This document shows, in pieces, positions 9,868 through 19,303 of a DNA stretch of 19,408 nt. The translations under genes and the position numbers were made by a program. Source of the DNA: Escherichia coli (GTDB lineage Bacteria > Pseudomonadota > Gammaproteobacteria > Enterobacterales > Enterobacteriaceae); assembly GCF_003334385.1 (NCBI RefSeq), contig NZ_QOWN01000061.1. The stretch is one strand, 5' to 3'. How positions within the stretch are numbered: the stretch's first letter is position 1; the number at the start of each line of letters is the position of its first letter. Under the pieces are notes generated by a model that worked only from the letters and a program-made list of their open reading frames with translations, ran no database searches and had not been told where the DNA came from.

Positions 9868-12363
9868 ATGTTAACGATTCAATTTCTCTGTCCTTTGCCT
9901 AACGGTCTACATGCTCGTCCGGCGTGGGAACTTAAAGAACAGTGCAGCCAGTGGCAAAGCGAAATCACTTTTATTAACCATCGCCAGAACGCAAAGGCAG
10001 ATGCGAAAAGCTCGCTGGCGCTGATTGGCACCGGCACCCTATTTAATGACAGTTGCAGCCTGAACATTAGCGGCAGCGATGAAGAGCAGGCGCGGCGCGT
10101 GCTGGAAGAGTACATCTAGGTGTGCTTTATCGACAGCGACAGCGTTCAGCCTACGCAGGCAGAACTGACGGCGCATCCGCTGCCGCGTTCATTAAGCCGC
10201 CTTAACCCGGATTTACTGTACGGCAATGTGCTGGCAAGCGGCGTCGGCGTGGGTACGCTGACCCTGTTACAAAGCGACAGCCTCGACAGTTATCGGGCAA
10301 TCCCCGCCAGTGCGCAAGATTCCACCCGGCTGGAGCACAGCCTGGCAACGCTTGCCGAGCAACTGAACCAGCAATTGCGTGAGCGTGACGGCGAAAGCAA
10401 AACTATCCTCAGCGCCCATTTGTCGCTGATTCAGGATGATGAATTTGCAGGCAATATCCGTCGCCTGATGACAGAACAGCATCAGGGGCTGGGGGCGGCG
10501 ATCATCAGCAATATGGAGCAGGTTTGCGCCAAACTTTCTGCCTCTGCCAGCGATTATCTGCGCGAACGTGTTAGCGACATTCGCGATATCAGCGAACAGT
10601 TGCTGCATATCACCTGGCCGGAACTGAAGCCGCGCAACAAGCTGGTGCTTGAAAAACCGACCATTCTGGTGGCTGAAGATTTAACCCCAAGCCAGTTTTT
10701 GAGCCTTGATTTGAAAAATCTTGCGGGCATGATTCTGGAGAAAACCGGGCGCACCTCGCATACACTGATTCTGGCCCGTGCCTCGGCGATCCCGGTACTG
10801 AGTGGCTTGCCGCTGGATGCGATTGCCCGTTATGCCGGGCAACCTGCAGTGCTTGACGCCCAGTGCGGCGTGCTGGCGATTAACCCGAATGACGCGGTGA
10901 GCGGTTATTATCAGGTCGCGCAGACGCTGGCGGATAAACGCCAAAAACAACAGGCGCAGGCTGCCGCGCAGCTGGCCTATTCCCGTGATAACAAGCGTAT
11001 TGATATTGCGGCGAATATCGGCACCGCTCTGGAAGCGCCAGGCGCGTTTGCCAACGGCGCGGAAGGTGTCGGGCTGTTCCGTACCGAAATGCTCTATATG
11101 GATCGCGACAGCGCGCCGGACGAGCAGGAGCAATTTGAAGCCTACCAGCAGGTGCTACTGGCGGCGGGCGACAAGCCGATTATCTTCCGCACGATGGACA
11201 TCGGCGGCGATAAAAGCATTCCTTATCTGAATATTCCCCAGGAAGAGAACCCGTTCCTCGGCTATCGCGCGGTACGTATTTACCCGGAATTTGCTGGCCT
11301 GTTCCGCACTCAACTGCGGGCCATTTTGCGCGCCGCCAGTTTCGGCAACGCCCAGTTGATGATCCCGATGGTTCACAGCCTCGATCAGATCTTATGGGTG
11401 AAAGGCGAGATCCAAAAAGCGATCGTTGAGCTTAAGCGCGATGGCCTGCGTCATGCAGAGACGATTACGCTTGGGATCATGGTGGAAGTTCCGTCGGTGT
11501 GCTACATCATCGACCACTTCTGCGATGAGGTCGATTTCTTCAGTATCGGCTCCAACGATATGACCCAGTATCTGTATGCGGTCGATCGTAATAACCCGCG
11601 CGTATCGCCGCTATATAACCCGATTACGCCATCGTTCCTGCGCATGTTGCAGCAAATAGTTACCACTGCGCATCAGCGGGGCAAATGGGTAGGCATTTGC
11701 GGTGAACTGGGCGGTGAAAGCCGTTATCTGCCGCTACTGCTTGGGCTGGGCCTGGATGAGCTGAGTATGAGTAGCCCGCGTATTCCGGCGGTGAAAAGCC
11801 AGCTTCGTCAACTGGATAGCGAGGCGTGTCGGGAACTGGCGCGTCAGGCATGTGAATGCCGCAGTGCGCAGGAAATTGAAGCGTTACTCACCGCCTTTAC
11901 GCCGGAAGAAGACGTTCGCCCACTGCTGGCGCTGGAGAATATCTTTGTTGATCAGGATTTTAGCAATAAAGAGCAGGCGATCCAGTTCCTGTGCGGCAAC
12001 CTCGGCGTTAACGGGCGCACTGAACATCCGTTTGAGCTGGAAGAAGATGTCTGGCAGCGGGAAGAGATTGTTACCACCGGCGTTGGTTTTGGCGTAGCGA
12101 TCCCGCACACCAAATCTCAGTGGATCCGTCATTCCAGTATCAGCATTGCCCGGCTGGCGAAACCGATTGGCTGGCAGTCAGAAATGGGCGAAGTCGAACT
12201 GGTGATCATGCTGACGCTGGGTGCTAACGAAGGGATGAATCATGTGAAAGTCTTCTCGCAGCTGGCGCGTAAACTGGTGAATAAAAACTTCCGCCAGTCG
12301 TTGTTTGCCGCGCAAGATGCACAAAGTATCCTGACGCTGCTGGAAACAGAATTAACCTTCTGA
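9868..12363 (+). CDS. fryA: PTS multiphosphoryl transfer protein FryA (fused HPr-like, Enzyme I-like and EIIA-Fru-like domains). As written, the frame is interrupted by an in-frame TAG at 10117-10119, giving an 83-codon HPr-like ORF (9868-10119) and a 747-codon EI-EIIA ORF (10120-12363).
   Basis: The HPr motif GLHARPA, the EI phospho-His motif GRTSHTLILARA and the EIIA motif GVAIPH are all present in one frame. The span is 2496 nt, which equals 832 codons, the size of a single 831-aa fused protein. The TAG is visible directly in the sequence (TAC ATC TAG GTG TGC). Confidence 0.85.
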
Positions 12364-12365
12364 CG

Positions 12366-13223
12366 TTAGCCCTGAAAACGGGCGCTGTACTCTCCCGGCG
12401 TCAGACCAAACTGACGCCGGAAAACGCGACAAAAATAGTCGCTATCCGGAAAACCGCAACGCTGTGCCACTTCATGAATTGACAGATGATATTTCTGCAA
12501 AATCATCCTCGCCTTCGCCATTCGCACCCAACGCACATACTCGATAAAACGCATCGTTCCATGCTGAGCAAACAGTTTTGACAGATGATTGGGCGTGATA
12601 TTAAAAAACTGCGCCACGCTCTCGCGGGTGAGCGGCTGGGCATAATTATCCTGAACCCAGTTACAAATGCTGTGATAGAGAAAATCGCCGCGCGGCTGCG
12701 AATTGCCCGGCGGCATATTCACCACGCTACGGCAAAGATGCAGCAAACTTAACACCAGCGGCTGAATGATATTTTGCTCCAGCGGCGAACGGCTAAGATG
12801 GGTGAGGGCGGTAAGCATCGCTTCACCTTCACCGCGTTGCAGGCTGGGAAGCTGGATCTGGCGAGCAGGATGCAACAACGACGTGGTGCGGCTATCGTAA
12901 AACGATAACCCAAGCCAGGTCGGAGCGAACACCAGGCTTAACAGCATCACCGGTTTGTTGTTGACCGGTAAATTAGCCGCGCGCGCCGGAATAAACAGCA
13001 TTTCTCCTTCCACCAAACGTTGCTGCTTTGCTTCCAGCAGATTGCCGTATTCGCCGCGCAGCACGATATCCAGACGGGGAAAATCAATACATAAACTGCC
13101 CACCGGCAACGAGGCAGGCTGGCTGGCAAACCAGACGCGCCCCAGTAGTTGCGGGTTAAGCACCAGGCCGCTGAACAGATCGGCGAAAAATTGTTGATCG
13201 GCGGGCAAGCCTGGTGCTTTCAT
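12366..13223 (-). CDS. ypdC: AraC-family transcriptional regulator YpdC, 285 aa
   Basis: C-terminal AraC-type helix-turn-helix (…FIEYVRWVRMAKARMILQ…HEVAQRCGFPDSDYFCRVFRRQFGLTPGEY). Stop TAA at 12366-12368, 2 nt from the fryA stop. Confidence 0.9.
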   Translation of the reverse strand: MKAPGLPADQQFFADLFSGLVLNPQLLGRVWFASQPASLPVGSLCIDFPRLDIVLRGEYGNLLEAKQQRLVEGEMLFIPARAANLPVNNKPVMLLSLVFAPTWLGLSFYDSRTTSLLHPARQIQLPSLQRGEGEAMLTALTHLSRSPLEQNIIQPLVLSLLHLCRSVVNMPPGNSQPRGDFLYHSICNWVQDNYAQPLTRESVAQFFNITPNHLSKLFAQHGTMRFIEYVRWVRMAKARMILQKYHLSIHEVAQRCGFPDSDYFCRVFRRQFGLTPGEYSARFQG

Positions 13224-13235
13224 GAAAGTTCCCGA

Positions 13236-13970
13236 TTAAAGATGCATTAACTGGCGAAATTCTTTCACTTTGCTGCGGCTGACCGGCACTTCAAAATCCA
13301 GATCTTTCAGTCGCAGAATGTAGGTGTTATTAAACCACGGTTCGATTTCGCGTATTTTGTTCAGATTGACACAAAATGAGCGATGGCAGCGGAAAAAATG
13401 CGACGGCGGCAGTTTGCTGCAAAATTCGGTAATGTTCATCGGCATTACGTAGGATTCACGCCGCGTATAGACAAAGGTCATTTTCTCGTGCGCTTCGGCG
13501 TAATAGATATCGTTAATTGGCGTGACGATTATTCGCTCATCTTTCACCAGATTAATGGTGTCATTCTCACGCGTTACCGTCGCGGCAGGCGTACTGCTGG
13601 TCTGCTGTTGTTGCCAGGCCGCTTCCAGTTTTTGCAGCATCCCGGTAATACGTGACTCCTGATACGGTTTGAGAATGTAGTCAAACGCCTCCAGTTCAAA
13701 CGCTTCTACCGCATGTTCTTTCCACGCGGTGATGAACACAATAAACGGTTTATGGGCGAACTGGCTGATGTTTTGCGCCAGCAACACGCCATCCAGCGAC
13801 GGAATATTGATATCCAGAAAAATGGCGTCGACGCGGTTATGCTGCAAAAACTTCAACACGTCCAGACCGTCGTCAAAGGTGCCGACAATCTCCATCTGGC
13901 TGTGCTCTTTAATTAGCCAGCTCAGTTCCTGTTGTGCCAGGAATTCGTCTTCAACAATGATGACTTTCAC
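13236..13970 (-). CDS. ypdB: LytTR-family response regulator YpdB, 244 aa
   Basis: Receiver domain (VIIVEDE…AIFLDINIP) plus a C-terminal LytTR DNA-binding domain. The ORF-track TTG start at 13988 is trimmed to the GTG at 13970, preceded by GGAG, giving 244 aa. Confidence 0.88.
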   Translation of the reverse strand: MKVIIVEDEFLAQQELSWLIKEHSQMEIVGTFDDGLDVLKFLQHNRVDAIFLDINIPSLDGVLLAQNISQFAHKPFIVFITAWKEHAVEAFELEAFDYILKPYQESRITGMLQKLEAAWQQQQTSSTPAATVTRENDTINLVKDERIIVTPINDIYYAEAHEKMTFVYTRRESYVMPMNITEFCSKLPPSHFFRCHRSFCVNLNKIREIEPWFNNTYILRLKDLDFEVPVSRSKVKEFRQLMHL

Positions 13971-13984
13971 AATATCACTCCGGC

Positions 13985-15682
13985 TCAAAGCAATAACGTA
14001 GCCTGTGAGGCGACTGGGGTGCGTTGGTTAGGAATGTAAAACGCAATTTCCGTCCCCGGCTCCAGGCGGCGGATATGCAGCCCCTCGCCATACAATAACT
14101 TCACGCGATGATGGACATTCAGCAGGCCAATTTTATTGCCCGGCATTTCATTCGCTTCGACCCGCTCAATCACCTTTGGATCGATGCCGTGCCCGGTATC
14201 TCGCACCGCAATGCGTACCCGATTTCCGCACTCTGCAACGCTGATGGTGACAACGCCTTTACCTTTGCAAGGCTGAATACCGTGGACAATGGCGTTCTCC
14301 ACCAACGGCTGGATCAGCAGGCTGGGAATGCAGCAATTCACCTCTTCATCAATATCATAGATAACCGTCAGCTTGTCACCAAAGCGGGCCTGCTCAATGG
14401 CAATATAGTCTTTAATTTGATACAGCTCTTTTTTGATATCGATTTGCTCATCGTCTTTTAATTCAATGTTATAGCGCAGATAACGCGACAGATTAAAGAT
14501 CAACTGGCGAGCGGTATCCGGATTCAGACGGATTGACGATGAAATAGCGTTCAGAGCGTTAAACAGAAAATGGGGATTAATTTTGCTTTGCAGGGCGCGA
14601 AGCTCTGCCTTATTTGCCATTTCACGTAGCTGCTCGGCGCGTGAAACCTCCAGTTGCGTGGAGATGATTTGCGACAGACCGACCGCCATTTCCTGTAATG
14701 ACGAGGTGATCTGATGCGCGTGGCAGTAGTAAATTTTCAGCGTTCCGGTCACGACCCCTTTCTCCCACAATGGGATCACCAGCATGGAATGAATCTCTGG
14801 TGTGCGGTGGGCTTCATCATTGTTTTTAATGATGATTTTTCCGTAATTCATCGCCTGACGGGTAGTCGGGCTAATGAAGTCATCGCCATTCTGATAGTTA
14901 TGTTCACCCACGCCAACATAGGCCAGCACATGATCGGTATTAGTAATCGCCACCGCATCGGCGTGAATGTCATCGCGGATAATTTCGCAGACCTTGCGTA
15001 ATGACTCGCTATTGACATGGCGAAACAGCGGTAGCGTTTTGTTGGCGATATCCAGCGCCAGCTTGGCCTGCCGCGCGGCGCTGGCCTCTTTTTCGCCCTC
15101 AACGCTTTGCACCAGAAGCACAATAAAGCCGATACAGACGCTACCGAGGATCATTGGAATGCCGATTTTAGAGACGATATCGATCCCCAACGCGGTAGTT
15201 GGTGCCCAGACAATTACCAGAATCATGGTCAACGTCTCACACAACATGCCGCCGAGAATACCGACGCGCCAGCGCTGTGCTTTGGGGATTTTCAGGTTGA
15301 TCCAGCCCGATATACAACCCGCCAGAATGCTGGTGATAAAGCAGGGGATCGCCGTCACGCCGCCGATATCAATTAAATACCGGTGAATACCCGCAATCAC
15401 GCCGGTAATGATGCCTACCCACGGGCCAAACAGAATCCCGCCGGACATCACCGCGATAATACGTACGTTCACCAGCGAGCCTTCTACGGGAACGCCGGAC
15501 CAGGTGCTGAACAGGGCGAACAGCGAGAAAATGGCGGTAACGGCGAGCAATTCTTTTGGGGAGTGCGCCGACTTGTGCAACAGTTCGCGAAACAGGCGGA
15601 TACGGATGAGAAAGAACAGGCAGATAAGCATTAACGCTGCCCGATCGAAGACCGCCAGCAGCATGTTGAATATTTCGTGCAC
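13985..15682 (-). CDS. ypdA: LytS-family sensor histidine kinase YpdA, 565 aa
   Basis: N-terminal multi-transmembrane sensor domain, a central GAF-like region, the H-box [10 protein letters not shown] and a C-terminal ATPase domain. It lies immediately upstream of ypdB on the same strand. Confidence 0.93.
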
Positions 15683-16057
15683 GGGTGACTCTGAATAAGG
15701 ATTAAACCTCTATGATAGGTAACCTGAAGGCTGATGACCAGCAGGCCGTTTTTGAGGAAAAACCACAATTTTAAAAGGGGATTGATAGATAAATGGTGTA
15801 TTAGCAATGCATCTCTTGATAATGCACTTCTGGTTAGTAAAATTATTGAAATTATTATGTTAATAAAATGAGTGGTAATTTTCTTGTTAGCGCAGATAAA
15901 TTTCCTGTTTTTAAAGCAGAGTTCCTCATTTAACGTCATTAATAAAATGTTCTAAAACGCTGGACAGACAGAAATTAATCAGGCTATTTTCAAAACAGCC
16001 ACCATCGTGGCAGCGTCGCTCGGACGGTCCGGGCGCTAACGTTAATCTGAGGAAATT

Positions 16058-17296
16058 ATGGCTGACACTCGCCCTGAACGTCGCTTTACGCGCATTGATC
16101 GTCTCCCGCCCTACGTTTTTAACATCACCGCTGAACTGAAAATGGCTGCGCGTCGGCGCGGCGAAGATATTATCGATTTCAGCATGGGTAACCCGGACGG
16201 TGCGACTCCGCCGCATATCGTCGAAAAATTATGTACTGTGGCCCAGCGCCCGGACACGCATGGTTACTCCACTTCACGCGGCATTCCGCGGTTACGTCGC
16301 GCCATTTCCCGCTGGTATCAGGATCGCTACGACGTTGAAATCGACCCGGAATCAGAAGCCATCGTCACTATTGGTTCGAAAGAGGGCCTGGCGCATCTGA
16401 TGCTGGCGACGCTGGATCATGGTGACACGGTGCTGGTGCCGAATCCAAGTTACCCGATCCATATTTATGGCGCGGTGATTGCCGGGGCGCAGGTACGCTC
16501 AGTGCCGCTGGTGGAAGGTGTCGATTTCTTCAACGAACTGGAGCGAGCCATTCGTGAAAGTTATCCGAAACCGAAGATGATGATCCTCGGCTTCCCGTCA
16601 AACCCAACCGCGCAATGCGTGGAACTGGAGTTCTTCGAAAAAGTAGTGGCGCTGGCGAAACGCTACGATGTGCTGGTGGTCCATGACCTGGCCTATGCCG
16701 ATATCGTCTACGATGGCTGGAAAGCGCCGTCAATTATGCAGGTACCGGGTGCACGCGATGTGGCAGTCGAGTTCTTTACGCTGTCGAAAAGCTACAACAT
16801 GGCGGGCTGGCGTATCGGCTTTATGGTTGGCAACAAAACGCTGGTCAGCGCCCTGGCTCGTATTAAAAGCTATCACGATTACGGCACCTTTACGCCGTTG
16901 CAGGTGGCGGCGATTGCGGCGCTGGAGGGCGATCAACAGTGCGTGCGCGACATTGCCGAACAGTACAAACGCCGCCGTGATGTATTGGTTAAAGGGCTGC
17001 ATGAAGCGGGCTGGATGGTTGAAATGCCGAAGGCTTCGATGTATGTCTGGGCGAAAATCCCGGAACCATATGCGGCCATGGGATCGCTGGAATTTGCCAA
17101 GAAGCTCCTTAACGAAGCGAAGGTTTGTGTCTCGCCGGGGATTGGCTTTGGCGACTATGGTGATACGCATGTTCGCTTTGCACTGATTGAAAACCGCGAC
17201 CGTATTCGTCAGGCCATCAGAGGGATTAAAGCGATGTTCCGTGCCGACGGTTTACTACCCGCCAGCAGCAAACATATTCACGAAAACGCGGAATAA
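16058..17296 (+). CDS. alaC: Glutamate-pyruvate aminotransferase AlaC (class I PLP-dependent aminotransferase), 412 aa
   Basis: PLP-lysine region [12 protein letters not shown] and aminotransferase class I fold motifs. Full-length ORF with a GAGG ribosome-binding site. Confidence 0.95.
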   Translation: MADTRPERRFTRIDRLPPYVFNITAELKMAARRRGEDIIDFSMGNPDGATPPHIVEKLCTVAQRPDTHGYSTSRGIPRLRRAISRWYQDRYDVEIDPESEAIVTIGSKEGLAHLMLATLDHGDTVLVPNPSYPIHIYGAVIAGAQVRSVPLVEGVDFFNELERAIRESYPKPKMMILGFPSNPTAQCVELEFFEKVVALAKRYDVLVVHDLAYADIVYDGWKAPSIMQVPGARDVAVEFFTLSKSYNMAGWRIGFMVGNKTLVSALARIKSYHDYGTFTPLQVAAIAALEGDQQCVRDIAEQYKRRRDVLVKGLHEAGWMVEMPKASMYVWAKIPEPYAAMGSLEFAKKLLNEAKVCVSPGIGFGDYGDTHVRFALIENRDRIRQAIRGIKAMFRADGLLPASSKHIHENAE

Positions 17297-17315
17297 ACAC
17301 CGTCGTCAGAAATGC

Positions 17316-17346
17316 AAACAGGAGCCTGATGGCTCCTGTTTTTCAT
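17316..17346. terminator. Intrinsic terminator, probably bidirectional for alaC (+) and ypdK (-)
   Basis: Perfect 8-bp GC-rich stem CAGGAGCC-tgat-GGCTCCTG followed by TTTTTCA on the plus strand, with AAA on the 5' side providing a T-run for the minus strand. Confidence 0.75.
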
Positions 17347-17360
17347 TGCACAGTTTGCTT

Positions 17361-17432
17361 TTAGATCATCAGGGCAAAAGTACCGGCCCAAACGATGACC
17401 ATAAAAGAAATGCCCATAAAGAAATATTTCAC
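17361..17432 (-). CDS. ypdK: 23-aa hydrophobic micro-protein YpdK (MKYFFMGISFMVIVWAGTFALMI), GTG start
   Basis: Hand-translated from the minus strand: GTG at 17432-17430, stop TAA at 17363-17361, GGAG about 9 nt upstream. It is below the ORF-track length cutoff. The sequence matches my recollection of K-12 YpdK. Confidence 0.6.
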   Translation of the reverse strand: MKYFFMGISFMVIVWAGTFALMI

Positions 17433-17705
17433 TTTACATCTCTCCGCGTAATTACTGTTACGCCTGAATGACTTCATTACACCTGATACAGTGAGTTGAC
17501 ACCGGGCAAAGCGACCTTAAAAGCCCTGTATTTTACCGTGGGCATCACCCCAGAATTCTGAGCTAAACTGCTCGAGACGGCGCTAATGTACGCCTAAAAC
17601 TGAAACGAGACAAGAGGCATTTTCTTATTTACTTTTAGTAACTTACAAGTGTCTCATATCGGCGACAGTTTAATTTCTGACGGTAATAATTAGATATTCA
17701 GCGAA

Positions 17706-17754
17706 GGAAAAAACCTTAAGAAAAAAGCCATAAAAACCATGAGGTTATTATGGC
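17706..17754 (-). terminator. Probable intrinsic terminator of lpxP
   Basis: A 12-bp stem with one mismatch (GCCATAAAAACC-atga-GGTTATTATGGC, 17727-17754) about 35 nt after the lpxP stop, followed on the minus strand by TTTTTTCTTAAGGTTTTTTCC. Confidence 0.55.
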
Positions 17755-17787
17755 CGATTTGAGGAGGGAAAGAGTAAGAGCAGTTTG

Positions 17788-18708
17788 TTAAATGTACAAC
17801 GACGATTCTCCCACCGGGCGCGTTTTAAAGCGACGGTGGATCCAGAGGTACTGCTCCGGTGCGCGCATGATCTCTTTCTCGATAATCTTGTTCATATAGG
17901 CAGCGGCTTGATTTTCATCTGTCGGGTAGCCTTCCATCTCTGGGGTGATGAACAAACGATATCCGCTGTAATCCGCTTTTCTTACCATCGTTACGGTCAA
18001 CATGGCTGCGCCAGAGAGACGGGAGAGAACATAGGTGCCATTGGTTGTGGCGACATTTTCCACCGCAAAGAACGGCGCGAAGGAGCTGCCTTTACGACCA
18101 TAATCCTGATCGGGAGCAAACCATACCGCTTCACCTTTCTTCAGTGCACCGACAATGCCGCGCAGATTATTTCTGCCGATCATCGCTTTGTTAGAGCGCA
18201 TGCGCCCACGGGTCTGCACCCATTCCATCAGCTGATTATTATGTGGACGATAGGTAGCCATCATTGGTTGGCACAGTCCCATCACGCGGCCGCCCAGTTC
18301 CAGCGACATAAAATGGACGCCGACAACCATTACGCCGCGATTTTGCATTTGTGCGCGTTTAAGGTTATCCAACCCTTCAACATCAAACCATTTACGTACG
18401 CGACTGTCGGGCCAGAACCATGCCATGCCGGTTTCTACCAGCGCCATGCCGAGTGAACGAAAGTTTTCGGCAATCATCTTCTCGCGTTCTTCCGCAGAAT
18501 GCTGCGGGAAACAAAGTTCCAGGTTTTTACGGGCGATAGATTCACGACGTTTCAGGAATGGTCGCGCCATTGCGCCAATACGCGTGCCGAGAAAGCAGAG
18601 AACAGGATAAGGAAGCTGTACCCAAAGCCAGAGTACACCAAGCCCAAACCATGTGAGCCAGTAGCGAGGATGTAGAAACTCGCGGGAAAATTTGCATTGT
18701 GGAAACAT
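17788..18708 (-). CDS. lpxP: Lipid A biosynthesis palmitoleoyl-ACP acyltransferase LpxP (cold-induced LpxL paralogue), 306 aa
   Basis: LpxL/LpxM/LpxP acyltransferase family. The ORF-track start at 18774 is trimmed to the ATG at 18708 (MFPQCKFSREF...), preceded by AAGG, giving the expected 306 aa. Calling it lpxP rather than lpxL rests on synteny with alaC and yfdY. Confidence 0.88.
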   Translation of the reverse strand: MFPQCKFSREFLHPRYWLTWFGLGVLWLWVQLPYPVLCFLGTRIGAMARPFLKRRESIARKNLELCFPQHSAEEREKMIAENFRSLGMALVETGMAWFWPDSRVRKWFDVEGLDNLKRAQMQNRGVMVVGVHFMSLELGGRVMGLCQPMMATYRPHNNQLMEWVQTRGRMRSNKAMIGRNNLRGIVGALKKGEAVWFAPDQDYGRKGSSFAPFFAVENVATTNGTYVLSRLSGAAMLTVTMVRKADYSGYRLFITPEMEGYPTDENQAAAYMNKIIEKEIMRAPEQYLWIHRRFKTRPVGESSLYI

Positions 18709-19060
18709 AGTTACCTTCTGTAGATACGAATTGTTGTATCGCAGAAGATTCCATGTCGACAGCGGTACACTCAATTGGTTGGGCCATCATGTACGACAAT
18801 GGTTCCTGTAAAGAGTGTAAAGACTAGTCAGGACATAACCACGAGGAGCATGAATGCGGTATCTGTACTTTATCACTCGCTGACTGCTTTCAGCTACTGA
18901 TTATTAATCGTGCAAAGTAAATATTTTTCCGTACACAACAGTCTTGCATTTAACATGCTGTTTTCATTGATGCTTAGCAAAAATTGCCAGAGGTTAAGGA
19001 TTGTCTTACTATTAAAGTGACTGAAGTTACAGGTTTTTTAGCGCGGCAGGAGGTTGAGCT

Positions 19061-19303
19061 ATGATTAATTTATGGATGTTTCTCGCCCTGTGTATTGTCT
19101 GCGTAAGCGGCTACATCGGTCAGGTACTGAACGTGGTATCGGCGGTCTCTTCTTTCTTCGGCATGGTGATCCTCGCTGCACTCATTTATTACTTCACCAT
19201 GTGGTTAACTGGCGGTAATGAACTAGTGACGGGGATATTTATGTTTCTTGCCCCGGCTTGTGGCTTGATGATTCGCTTTATGGTGGGGTATGGCAGGCGG
19301 TAG
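19061..19303 (+). CDS. yfdY: Small inner-membrane protein YfdY (DUF2545), 80 aa
   Basis: 80-aa ORF with two to three hydrophobic helices and a GGAGG Shine-Dalgarno 7 nt upstream of the ATG. Matches recalled YfdY. Confidence 0.85.
   Translation: MINLWMFLALCIVCVSGYIGQVLNVVSAVSSFFGMVILAALIYYFTMWLTGGNELVTGIFMFLAPACGLMIRFMVGYGRR

Noticed and set aside
15631-16216. ORFs of 102 and 96 aa on the minus strand in the ypdA-alaC divergent promoter region
   Set aside because: They run through AT-rich promoter DNA into the 5' ends of real genes, with no ribosome-binding site and Ile/Leu/Lys-rich composition typical of translated AT-rich non-coding sequence.
16668-17186. 172-aa plus-strand ORF inside alaC in another frame
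   Set aside because: Out-of-frame overlap with the well-supported alaC; the Arg/Trp-rich product is typical of frame-shifted GC-rich coding sequence.
17187-17471. 94-aa plus-strand ORF downstream of alaC
   Set aside because: It starts inside alaC, runs through the intrinsic terminator hairpin and lies antisense to ypdK. Not credible.
17785-18456. 223-aa plus-strand ORF overlapping lpxP
   Set aside because: Antisense to lpxP; Cys/His-rich nonsense composition and no ribosome-binding site.
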